The notes under the pieces are model-generated. The model ran no database searches. It saw only the letters and a program-made list of their open reading frames with translations, and was not told the origin of the DNA. This document shows, in pieces, positions 1 through 12,100 of a stretch of DNA of 64,000 nt (the stretch's first letter is position 1; the number at the start of each line of letters is the position of its first letter). This DNA comes from Saccostrea cucullata (Eukaryota), in NCBI RefSeq assembly GCF_032062105.1, contig NW_026918070.1:62001-126000 (forward strand), read 5' to 3'. Made by a program: the position numbers and the translations under genes.

Positions 1-136
1 CCCTATCCCCATGTCTTATTGCTTGTATGACATTATATTGAACACATGATTGAATTAAAGCTTTCCCTCTATATATGAAAAAGGAGGCTATGTTTAACTA
101 AGCAAGACATTTGTTGTGGTTTTTTTTTTGGTTATG

Positions 137-470
137 GAAGGATATGAAGATAACGAACCGTATTCAATATCAAAGTCCATAAAACAATTTTATACAAAAC
201 AGGAGCAAAGCAAACACGGACCTCCCAAACATCAGAGGTAAGATCAGGTGCCATTGAGGAGTGAGCATCCCCTGCTGACCGGTCACACCCGCTGTGTGCT
301 CCTTGTCATGATCGTGAAATAACGGAAAAATCCGTCCTCAATTCAGTGTATAAATAATGGACTAATAATTGGTATGAAAAACGTCAGTCAGCATTTGACT
401 TAATGATAAATTGTAGTTGCTGACAAGGTCATTGTATTGACCATAGAACTTGCGAAATGATGCTTTTTAT
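137..470 (-). mobile_element. Penelope-like retroelement 3' fragment
   Basis: Same conserved block (cagaggt..atcaggtgcc..gaggagtgagcatcccctgctgaccggtcacacc) as the 3' end of the RT-bearing copies at 40545-41968. Confidence 0.7.
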
Positions 471-1569
471 TCAGTCATTCAAATATTTAACATTAAAACA
501 GAATAAACATATTTGACTGATCATGCTTGTAATTTAACAATGATTATAATTTTTCACCCAAAGATTCTGAAAGGGAAGAGTTTGCCTAAAATATATTTTG
601 TTCTGAAATCAACATAATTGTATTTTTTCTGAAAATGGTTTCTAAATCTTTCAATACAAGACCATGACGAAGTAATTTACTTCTATAACAAAATGTATTA
701 TCGCCCTACTGCAGTTGAGTCTATTTTTGGGAAAATCCACTTCTCTCTTCAAAAATGTCAATTATAATTCCTAAATATCTAATCCCTTCAAAAATAATTT
801 TTAGAAAATGATAGCTATTAATAAATAGATTTGAAAAGCTCCCCCCACACACATTATAATTTATATGTTCTCAGATACATTGTAAATATGCCATAAATAT
901 TTATTTCATCAAAACATATAATTTTTTAAAGTTTGTTTTTACATTACATTCAAACATTGGAGATCAATATGCCCTTTCCAATTACGAAATTCAAACATTT
1001 GCTTTACAATAATGTTCAATCCATATTTCATTTTTTACACATTGCAAAATCGCCGTGTAATGAATTAAATTTTTATCTGTCTGTAATTCACTTATCTAAG
1101 TTAAGGCCAGTCACAAAGGGTTACTAAGGGAGGTTGTATTCCTTGAGATATAATTATTTACATGAAGTTTCTACTAAGTCTTTAATCGACATGGACATAC
1201 ATCAGCACATTCTAGTGTAAGCACAGAACTGAAATCATTATTACTTGACCATGAAGATGATTTCTTTTAAAATTACTGTTTAGTTTAATTTTTTACTTAA
1301 CCAAGACATGCAAGAGATTCGAAAGTTGGGAATATTTATCACAACATATCAACATAAAATGATAGGGACAAAGGATACAAGCAAATAGTATTTGATGATA
1401 ATTCAACTATTTGTTTTATTATTTCGCAGAATAGTGGCTTTTACTCTTTTACTTTTACTGGCTCTTACTTAATTTTAATGTGGTTAATGAATTCAAACAA
1501 AATTGATGTATGATATCATCATTTTTGATATCCCATTTTCCCAAGCCAGAATAAATGAACATTTCAAAA

Positions 1570-2195
1570 TAAGAGATGCCCAAGGATATAGAGTATAAAC
1601 TAAACTGATCAAGGTTTCATGCCCCAAATCACGAGAAATAAGATGATAATTAGTTTATTAGTAATTTGTTTGAGCCCCTACCACTCGGGCCAGAAGGGTA
1701 TAGGGACCATGAAACTCACAGTTTTATGTCCCTACACCCATAGATGCTCTGTGATGAAATTGGTTGAAATTGGGACAGCAGTTCCAGAAGGATTTGGAGA
1801 TAACGAACAGTATTCAACTTCAAAAGTCCATTAAAATAATACAAAATAGGAACAGATCAAGCACGGATCCCATAAAACATCAGAGGTAAGATCAGGTGCC
1901 ATGGAGGAGTGAGCATCCCCTGCTGACCGGTCACACCAGCCGTGTGCTCTTTGTCATGATCAGGGAGTAACGGGAAAATCCGTTGTCAATTCAGTGTATA
2001 GTTAATGGACTAACAATAAGTGTGAAAAACGTCAGTCAGCATTTGACTCTATGATAAATTGTATTTGCTGACAAGGTCATTTTAGAAGAAGTTGGAAATG
2101 TTCAAATGTTAACGTACAACACACGATGGACGACGTACGACGGCGAACATAAACGGATAGTAATAGGTCACCTGAGCGATTCAGGTTAGCCAAAA
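1570..2195 (-). mobile_element. Helentron-like non-autonomous (HINE) fragment interrupted by a Penelope-like 3' fragment (1787-2081)
   Basis: gacg-type microsatellite plus a subterminal hairpin aggtcacctgagcgattcaggttagcc at 2125-2192. The satellite-like unit at 1620-1790 resumes at 2082 (agaag on both sides of the insert). Confidence 0.55.
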
Positions 2196-2469
2196 GAGAA
2201 CTTATCGTTGGACATTTTGATTGTATCAAACAAAATAACTGGGATTATAAAACATTTCTGTTTTTCTCTTCTATTATTAGCCTATGCTGATAAACTGTAA
2301 TTTAATATTATTTTCTGATTTGAAATCATCGAAAATGTATTTCATTTCATTTTTGAAGAGATGTGAACTGTCAAAAATGGTTTTGTAGTTATATCTGGAT
2401 CATATATGGGGTTAACGAATACAAGCTAAAATGTCAATTGAAACGGTATAAATCAATAGCAGAGGAAAT

Positions 2470-2830
2470 AATAGTAGAGAGGACTATAAAACATCAGAGA
2501 TGGAATCAGGTGCCATGAAGAAGTAAGAAACTCCTACTGATCAGTCCCATCTGTCTTTTGCTCCTTGACATGATAAGGAAAACAGAAAAAAAACGATTTG
2601 AAGACAATTAAATGTGTAAATAATGACCCAACAGTTTTATTGAAAAAAACTCAGTGAGCATTTGGCATTGGTAGTTGTTTTTAGTGACATGTTTAATATA
2701 TCGACCATAGAACTTGCGAAATAACGACTTGAAACGAGACGGTTCATATATTTTTTCATCAACTGCTCTAATTTGCCTCAGTTTAGAAATTGAACATATT
2801 CGCTAAAGCAGTTCTAGTGAAAAATTAAAG
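2470..2830 (-). mobile_element. Degenerate Penelope-like 3' fragment
   Basis: Diverged copy of the same 3' block plus antisense of the RT C-terminal coding region (cgaccatagaacttgcgaaa). Confidence 0.55.
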
Positions 2831-5800
2831 TTGAAAGTGATTATGACGTCATAATGGATGTAGCACCACAAAATTAGTCTAAAGTCATTTACTAGATCTT
2901 GACCTTAATTGGTGAAAAATAATCCAATATGTTATATTGCTTCATAAATAATTACGCCTTAAAGGTGTGTTTTAAGCGCAAGTGAAAAGTTTAAATATCT
3001 AAACAAATGCTGACTAACGTTTTGCATTCTATCAAAACCATACTATCAAAAACGTCAAGGCTGTATTTACACAGGGAATGCTTACTCTTTGATGGCACGT
3101 GTTTTCCCCTCTGATCTTTAAGAGGTCCGTGTTTTGCTGTGTTCCCACAATATATAGTGTCAAAGGATTTTTGAGTTTGATTACTCATCTTTTTCCTTCA
3201 TACATGTATTTCACTGAAAACCTTGGTATACCTTTTTTTACTTCAAGGTTAATAAGTGCAATAAAATATTCATGAAGCAGTCATCCGCAGAAACTTCAAA
3301 ATGTGACATTGATAAATGAGTAAATTGATAAAATGAAATTATTTTCAGACCCAACTCGTTGTACAAATTTTTTTTTATGTTAATTCACCTTGAAATAATA
3401 GATACTATATGGTTGAACTGACTTGAATTTGCAAAAAATAGATAAATTTCACATTTCAATGCTTTTATCATAGACAATACCTTTTTAGTTTTACTGACCA
3501 CGTCTTGTCCAGTATTCATGTTTATTTTGAATTGCTATTAATTCAGCCTACTTTTAGCATTTACGTTGATTACATTTGTTAATTTGACATAAATGACACA
3601 GAAACTAAATAATAAAAGAGCTTTCAAAATACCACTCAGTTGTTTAATTATTGTTCCTGAACGCGGGAAGGACTTTGAATGCTCGTCATACGATGCTACT
3701 TCAATACCAATATATTAGTACGGATAGATTAATCATCCCTACAGAGTTGTCTATGAAACGACAACTACTTACTCTACAAAAAGGAACCCATCTAGCATTA
3801 AAACCCATTACAAAACCACTCTTCTAAATGGAAAAAAAGAAATCAATACCATGTCCAGTAACCAATTTGAATAATTTTTATCTGTTATATAAACCCCCTT
3901 TTTTTCTGTAAATATCGCCAAATAGAATACTTTAAAATTAATATAAATTTGAAAATATAAACACAATCACATGAAGAATACTGTATTTGGAAGCCACGTA
4001 TATGAATTAATTTCAAAAAGATAAACAAAATCCATATGTAAAGAACTCTTTGTAAATTCATGTAACCCATAAACGTGTAACAAGCTAAGTAACGTCGACA
4101 TGGATAAAGTATTAAAGAGATCACATCAAATGTTATAAATCAAAAAATAATTGTCCTAAAATCGAATGATGCATGAAAGTTTTAATACAATCTAATAATA
4201 AATGTATTTTTATATGTTGGGTTTTATCATTTTTAAACATTTTCTATATTCTTTGCACATTGAAATGCAATTATTTTCAGACTTACGTTTTTCTATTAAC
4301 ACAATGATAAGAAGATCACGACAGTGTTTTCAGACGTGTTTGCTCTGCTCCCAAGTTGTATTTTAGCCCTTTCAAGATACCTGCCGGACGAGTCTTTCTC
4401 AGAAGTTTCCTTGATAGATAATTAAATGACGTATACAATTTAAAAAAAATGAATCTAAGTCGTATTTCAAGAGTTGTACAGCAATTATCTGCAGACGATC
4501 AAACCTCTTGTTCCAGACTATAAAATCCACATAACATACTATTTTAGATTTTAAGTGATTACTATTAAGTAGGAGAATAAGTATATAAGTAGGAGTAGCA
4601 GAATAAGTATGAAAGAAAGATACATAAAATTTAAGCGGTAAATCCCTTCCATAGGATGTGGCCTTTATTTTACTCAGAATTGTGGAATTTTTAGTAAAAA
4701 AAAGAATGATGTGACATATTGACAAAAATCAAAAGTCTAAATTTTACTCTACATTTTGCATGCAACTAATCACTGTTATGTGTACCCTAATGGAATACTA
4801 CTTTTAAAAAAATGGAAACGTAATTTGGAGAATATAGATCTTTCATTCTGGTAGGAGTACCACTTTCCAAATCCCATTGAAACTTGACACCTCCCGACTC
4901 TTTGATGCCCTTGAAATATGTGAGATGAGCACAAAGAAATACATTTACCTCCTTTGGCTGCTCAGTGTATATGATCAAAATCTACCCAAATGTGAAACGA
5001 GAAAATTGTACCTAATTGCGCTTATATGTTATTTTTAAAATATTCTAAAATCTACCTGACCTTTCCAATTATAAACAGAACAAGGAAAGAATTCATATGC
5101 AGCGGCCTGATTTCTTACCGATTAATCAGCTTAGACTGCATTACGAATGAGTACAACAAAAATACCAGAAAAATTTAATGCTCAAAGAGAGCTTTCTTTT
5201 TCTTGCTTTCCGAGAGACAAATTAAAATGCGAATCTACAATTTCAATGCTCATAATTTCAATCATATGGTTTATAGTATAATTTTATAGTTTTGTAAGTC
5301 GAATAATGGACAAATGGCTACATGTTTACCATAGTATCAGTGAATACAAATTTTATATGCATTGCTTGGTCCAAAACGATAGAAGCTGAGGTTCTATGGG
5401 AATTGCCATGCATAAAAGGGCTTTTGTCGACCATTCAATTAAACACGAGTCTGTGGTTAAGTAAAAACATCTTGAAAGCAGCATGTTTTGTCATCCAGTC
5501 ATCGGACTGGACAATTGTAAATAATAACAATAGCAATATATAGAAGATTCCTCAGACATGAATTTCCCTCTATTGTACTGATACCTGCCTATTTTATTCA
5601 TCTCTATCATAGAGTCTAAAAAATTCATGGATAACGCAGTATTTGTCAAAATAAAAACAATACAAACTATTGACACTATTCAGAAAGTGTCGTATTCCTT
5701 CACACTTGTTTGAAAATAACCAGAATGATTGTAGATTTAATATAATTCATCGTATAAAAAGAGGCCACAAACCAGTTTTGTCTCCTGATCCTTTATTTTT

Positions 5801-5849
5801 AGTATAAGTTTCGTGTAGGAGCGCAATTAGTACTCAGTATAAATAGGTA

Positions 5850-6996
5850 CCGTGGTTTCATAAATTTTTGTTGGCATCAATTTTCGTGAATTGTGTAAAA
5901 ATGACGTTTTCGAGGATACTTTAATTTGTGGACAAAAGAATTGCCTATACAAATGAATAACATTTTTCTTAATGGAATGAACATTTAAGGTAAGTCACTC
6001 CTCAAATTTCTTATATCAAGGATTTTTTGAGAAGTATATTTTGGATAAGTATTCATAAAGTGTGACTCAAAATCGCAGAGAAAATAGGGGGTCAGTGTGC
6101 ATCGTACTGATGTATGGTACATTTAAGTTGACCTTTTTGCACTGAAATTTTAACCCTTTAGTTTATAACTTTTATACAATTATCTCTTATTATATTTTAT
6201 CAGCTGTAACCATGGCAATAAATTTATTCTTACTTAACGTAAAATAGTTTGAATAATGTTTATCATTGATCAAATCTTGCAAATTAATGCGCGTAAATAA
6301 TTATGTGACCTTTTTGCACTACAATAAAACATATTTTTGGTATTAGAAAAATAAATTAGCAATATAATATTTTCTTATATCAAGCTTTGCATGATTTAAG
6401 TGCTGATCAGTCATAAGTATCGAGTAGTTTAAAATAATGAAAGAAAAAGTTGTGGTCAGTGATGTTAATTTTGAAATATTGGACAAAATATGTGATTTTC
6501 AGGCAAAAAATGGTGTAAATTTTATCTTGACTTCTTTTATATATCTCCAGTTTTTGGCAAAGTTTGTTGAAGGGAGATGTAAAACTTGTTCTAAAAATAC
6601 AAATTAAGACCTATATCAAATATTCCTATCAATATCATAACGAAAAATATTCTGCGAGTAAAAGTATGTGTGGCTAAAGTTTCAAGACTTTAAATTAAAT
6701 AATTGTGCAGCTTTGCAGAAATTTCTGCTAAATATCCTTCCACCACGAAAAATAGTCCCTAATAAATCTTGCTTCTTTGAAGATTTTTGAGCAGTTTTTT
6801 CTTTGATTGTTAAAAAATATACATTGTTGAACATAATTATTTTATAAAAATTGAATTTTAATAAATATTTTTGAAGTTAGAGGTTCTGCGCGAACTTTTC
6901 TAAAAAGCTAAAGAGTGACTTACCTTAAATTCGTGAATCTGCTCAACAACGAATTCTTCGAAAATTGGTGCTCAAAGAATATTCACGAAACCACAG
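5850..6996. mobile_element. TA-type (Tc1/mariner-like) MITE hosting a nested element
   Basis: Imperfect TIRs ccgtggtttcataaattttt.. / ..aagaatattcacgaaaccacag. TA on the left. The sequence is continuous once 5989-6924 is removed. Confidence 0.6.
5989..6924. mobile_element. Non-autonomous TTAA-TSD DNA transposon (Kolobok-like)
   Basis: Perfect 12-bp TIR GGTAAGTCACTC / GAGTGACTTACC, with TTAA on both sides (5985-5988, 6925-6928). RR..YY termini fit Kolobok better than piggyBac. Confidence 0.8.
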
Positions 6997-8966
6997 TTTA
7001 TCGGCAAATGTTCATGTCAAAGATTCCCTGTCTGTCCAGCCCTTACATTCTTTAATTAATTTTTGTTATGTTGAATAAAAATATGATTTGTTTAAAATAG
7101 ACTTCTTCTTTATAATTTAATGAATTAGTTAGGAAAATATTCATTTTCGGGTGAGTAAAACAAAGGGGGAAAATGTTCTATCTTTACGCTGCTACCACCA
7201 GTATTTTGTATTGAAATTGTATTTCATTTTAAATTTTAAAATAAAGGACAGAATTGAATTTAAAGTGTTGATAATTATGCTTATTAACATGTAGGAATGA
7301 AACACGATACCCAGAATTGAAGGATATCAATTAATCTCTTTATTCTCATGCTGCATTATTAATTTCTTTAGATTGTATGTATTAGGCTTGCAGGAGGTCG
7401 ATCGTGCACTTTACAATCTGATATAAAGAAAATCGTGATCAAGCCCAGTTGTCTCTTTCATGCTTCGTATTTGGTCTATTGCAGAATTTATTTACCTGTT
7501 TTCTGTTATTGACCTGTTAACATTAATGCAAGCATTCAATAAACTATGTTTAGCAAATGAAAGAAATCATTTAATAGTAAGTTTTATATACAAGGTTAGA
7601 TATGCTTGAAACTTTTATTGAAATATGTGTCTTCACTATAATTTCAAAGGCTCTTTATAATTCATACAGATGAATAACTCTGAGAAAGGAATGATTTCAA
7701 ACGATATTGCAAATATAAGCAAATTTATCTAATTAATCTTAAAGAAGTAATTTACAATTATAATTAAATGCCTTCAAGTGCAAGATGATAAACTTCCAAT
7801 CTTTATATCTAAAATGTTCTTTGTACTTAAAGACATATTTTCAAAAAGAAAAACCATGAAATTAATGAAAGAATTAGATTGAAAAAATTTTACTATTTAA
7901 AATTGTAATTGTTAGGAATTTTAAAGGCACTAGAAGGACATTGTTGAAAAATTGTAAGAACTCGCTTTTTTATTAACAGCATTTCGAAATTTCAATGCCC
8001 CTTTTTCCTCACTCCCTCCCCCTTTCCTCTCTACTTTCTCTATTTTTTCTTTATTTCTTAAAAAAAATTTCGCACGTTTTTCTTGTCTTGTTTGTAACTT
8101 TGATCTGTTTGTTTTCGAAAATTTTGTGATTGAAGGATAAAAAAAGATGTAATTCCTTGCGTTAATAAAAGTGATTAAGGTCAATATGATGTTTCAATAT
8201 ATAATCCCAAATTACTGCATCGATAATGATTAACATTTGGCACATCTTATATACTATCATTCGCAAAATACACCAGGAATTATATTCAAATAAATATTTG
8301 AGTATAAGTACAGAAATGTAACCTTCCTTAAATTTAACTAGTAACTAAAAGTAGATAGTACATGTATCCCTACAAACGTCCCAGGAACGACAGCTTGGTT
8401 AATAGACAGGAATTCTTCTATCTGCTCTAAAAATTACAAAAAAAAATATTTAAGGCAATTTAAAACCGGGCAAATTTTGTGTCCTCGCTTAAAGAATCTA
8501 CTATGTTGATAGCTTTTTCCACAAAATCTTTAGTTAAATAGGTAAGTTCAACTTGTCTTGATGGGAGCAGCAGCTTTTGATTTCAATGTTATTTTTGTTA
8601 GTACAACTCTGATGGCAAATTTGTTTATAAACAATCTTTGAAGATAAAAATCAATATAAAATGATCATTTCAATAGAATCAAATGATCTTATTCCGTGAC
8701 ATCGATCTGAATAAAGTGATTCCCTTAACCTATAAACAGTAGATTAGAATCCATTGATGCTATAATTAAAAGCTGTGAATGAAATTATTTTTATAGAAGA
8801 AGGACAGGAAAGGTAGATGCTGTTTAAATTTTCAAAGTTTGAGTTTAAAGTTGGATATGTTCAACATTTATACAATATTTTGAAATAACACATACACAAA
8901 TATAGGCCATTGTTACCCGATCCCGAACTGAAAATTAAACCAAATGCCTTGTTTCGTCATGCCTGT

Positions 8967-8983
8967 CCAATCTATCGATCAGT
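8967..8983 (+). promoter_or_regulatory. Possible core promoter (CCAAT plus TCAGT initiator-like motif)
   Basis: CCAAT at 8967-8971 and TCAGT at 8979-8983, about 90 nt upstream of the predicted ATG. Short motifs only. Confidence 0.25.
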
Positions 8984-9069
8984 GATTGATACCGCACTTG
9001 ACAAGGAGAGCTTTACTGCGCTGGTCGCAGTTTTAAAAAGGAAAATAAAAATCCACTGCTGGTCAGGAA

Positions 9070-9106
9070 ATGTCATCAACAAGTAAAATAACGTGTATCT
9101 TAACAT
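9070..9106 (+). CDS. Predicted first coding exon (start of signal peptide) of the otoancorin/mesothelin-like gene
   Basis: ATG at 9070 and a phase-1 GTGAGT donor at 9107. Spliced to 14784 it gives MSSTSKITCILTFLTLLVLITA-QQTPGPKPSGSC, a typical signal peptide. Confidence 0.7.
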
Positions 9107-12100
9107 GTGAGTATGACACTTTTTATCCAGTTTGACCATATTTGTCAGATTTGTCAATTTAAGAAACAGAACAGAACTTTCAGATTGCACATCGTTTCTT
9201 AAAACTGAAAGAAATACATATACATATTACAGGGAAAAGTGGCTCTCTTGATTCTCAAGCATTTGATTTTTCGCATGAACTTCATGCGAAAATCAAACAA
9301 AAATCGTCAGAAAAGTCCAACGTGCAAATTTCAGGCGAATGTCCACATACAATATTTGTGCGAAATGCATGCTATTTTGATGTGACCATAATGTCTTTGT
9401 GTTTGTGCTTTTTCTACATTCTTCCACTCCTTAATTTCTTCTCCCTATTTTTTTTTCTCAAAACATACTCAATCGTAGTTAATTCGCTTAAAAATAAAGA
9501 AAATAAAGAAAATTACTTTTTTTATTTGATAATAAATAACATTAACTGATCTAATTAAAGAGAATTGAAATGTATCATATATATTTTTTTCAAAATTTTA
9601 GAATACATTTTTTTTTACTTTATACATGCAAAATGACAAAAACCCTCTCAATTAATACTTTCTAACATATCCAAATTCACATAATAAGCTATTATATTAT
9701 CGTTTTGCGCTTTAAATTCTATTAAGAAAATACTTCAAAAAGGCTGCTTTGATCTGTAGAATAAATTTTAATCATAAATTATGCATTTAAAAGGTACCAA
9801 TAGCATCACATCTTAAAAAACTATCAATTGATAAAAAATTAAATTTAAGAACAAGTTAGTTTCAAGTACAATTGTTGAGACCTCCTATTATTGCATATAT
9901 ATAGTTAAATTTACTAAAAGCAAAAGATCTTGAATGTTGGCATATATATCTATATCTAACTTTCTTTTTTAACACTAAAATATCTATATGTTTTAACCTA
10001 ATTTTTATTATATTGTAAATATTATTTAATTCGAAATGAATTTACGAAGACTCTTTCCACTTTCATTAAGATAAATTATGCGGTATAGATTTGAATGTGT
10101 GTAGAAGAGATAAAATATTTGGAAACAACAAACAGTATTTAAGCTATCTGAGATAGTTCTTCTCTTAATATCTCCACTTTTTAATACCCTTTATTGTTAA
10201 AACATATATTAGAAATCTTGAATAACGAATACTTTTCATAATAGAGTATGTTATTGCCTAAATTATTTTTAAAGTATGAAAAGTAACATTCATTTTGTCA
10301 AAACTGACTTTATTCAGTTTATCAAAAGCATTATCCAATAAGAAAGAGCAATCATCTTGAATAGGTTCCTTTAAAATCATACATTATTTTCTATCGTATT
10401 CTGCTCAAAATTTGTTTTATTTTAAAAAAAAATTAGCAAATGTTAGCATTTACAACTTTTAAACTAACTTCAACAGTTTACCAAAACAACTTTTTTTTCT
10501 TTAAGCACTTTTTTTTGCATGAACCTTGACCCGTCCTACCCCTTATTTAATTTTGATATGTTGATATGTTGTGATCTAAGTAATAATATTATTTTTCAAA
10601 CAGATGTATCTAAGGTCGAAATCATATTAATATCCAATGATTGCTTACCAGTCCCTTTTCAGAGTCGTGGTTTTAATCCACCTGGTGCAACATTATTTTT
10701 GGTTCTTTCATATTCTCGCCTTATCAAAAACTATTTTATTTTTTTTCATAAAGGTTTTGTATTTTTACTTAATTGTTTACTTTTGTGCATTTAATGAAAT
10801 ATATATTTGGAGATAAGAAAAAGTATTCAAAATCAAATTCCATAAAACAATACAAAAAAGGAGCAGAGCAAACAAGGACCTCCGAAACATCAGAGGTGGG
10901 ATTAGGTGCCATTGAGGAGTGAGCATCCCCTGCTGACCGGTCACACCCGCCATATGCTCCTTGTCATGATCGGGAAATAACGGAACAATCCGTCGTCAAT
11001 TCAGTGTATAAATAATTAACTAACAATTAGTATGAAAAACGTCAGTAGGTATTTGACTCAAAGATAAATTGTATTTGCTGACAAGGTCATTCTATCGACC
11101 ATAGAACTTATGAAATGATGACTTTAAACGAGACAGCTGAAATTCTTGTTTCATCAACTGTTTCATGTTTCATGGTCCGCACAGTTTGACCATTCTTCGC
11201 TTTATGTTTTAATAATCAAATCTATCATCCTAGTTCTTCTACTGTTCTTTAAAAACCAACAAATTCCAATTATTTGAATTGGAATTACATGTAATTACCC
11301 TAATTTATGATATTTCGTCATTTTTTTGAAACACATATTTCATTTTTCTCATTTTCGTAAGTGTTTTAAAGATACAATGATGAAAATATTTTATAAAATT
11401 TGATGAACGTTGTGAGATAAAAGCCCAAAGACCCCTTGTGTCTACTTTACTATTAGGAGCATCAATTTTCAACGTCAATAAATAAGTAAAATAGATATGT
11501 GCATGTTCTTTGAACCCTCTTAAAACCCTTTATTCCATCATTTCTAAATCATCCTCAGCATAATTATCAAAAATATTTACATTGCATCCATGGTATCACG
11601 GTTCAATACATTATTTAATATTCAAATGATTTTTTGAATGGCGAAATATCGATGTATAACTACCCTATCAACAGTAATATCTATATAATTTTTTTTAATG
11701 CAAAATTATCAAGACAATTTTTGGCATTATATTTGCTGTTAAAAAATAAAAGTTTCTACGTCCGATCGATTGGCAGGTACTTTTGCAATACATGAATCCA
11801 TTGATCTGACAAAGTCTGATTGTATTCAGATCACAGTCTGGATCAAGGTTTAACATGGCATAATTGATTCTTTTGTCAGAATATAATTGAATTCGCACAA
11901 TAACTTGGGGGTAATTTTTAAAAATAAACAATTGACTCCTCAGTTATCATCTGGTAGTAGGGCACATTCATGTCTTAGGTATCAATTTGCACGCTCTTGT
12001 CTTTGAAGATCTAGAATTGCAAAACATTGCATGTTCTATTGTTCAGCTTGTATTTTGAAATGGTTCAACGATATAATCATTGCAATATAATTCTACTGTC

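Noticed and set aside
933-8184. Short ORFs in the first 8 kb
   Set aside because: Low-complexity AT-rich or repeat-derived translations with no motifs or splice-consistent structure.
8503-8547. ATG plus strong GTAAGT donor as an alternative first exon
   Set aside because: The frame ends in TAG right at the donor. At most a non-coding exon, with no support.
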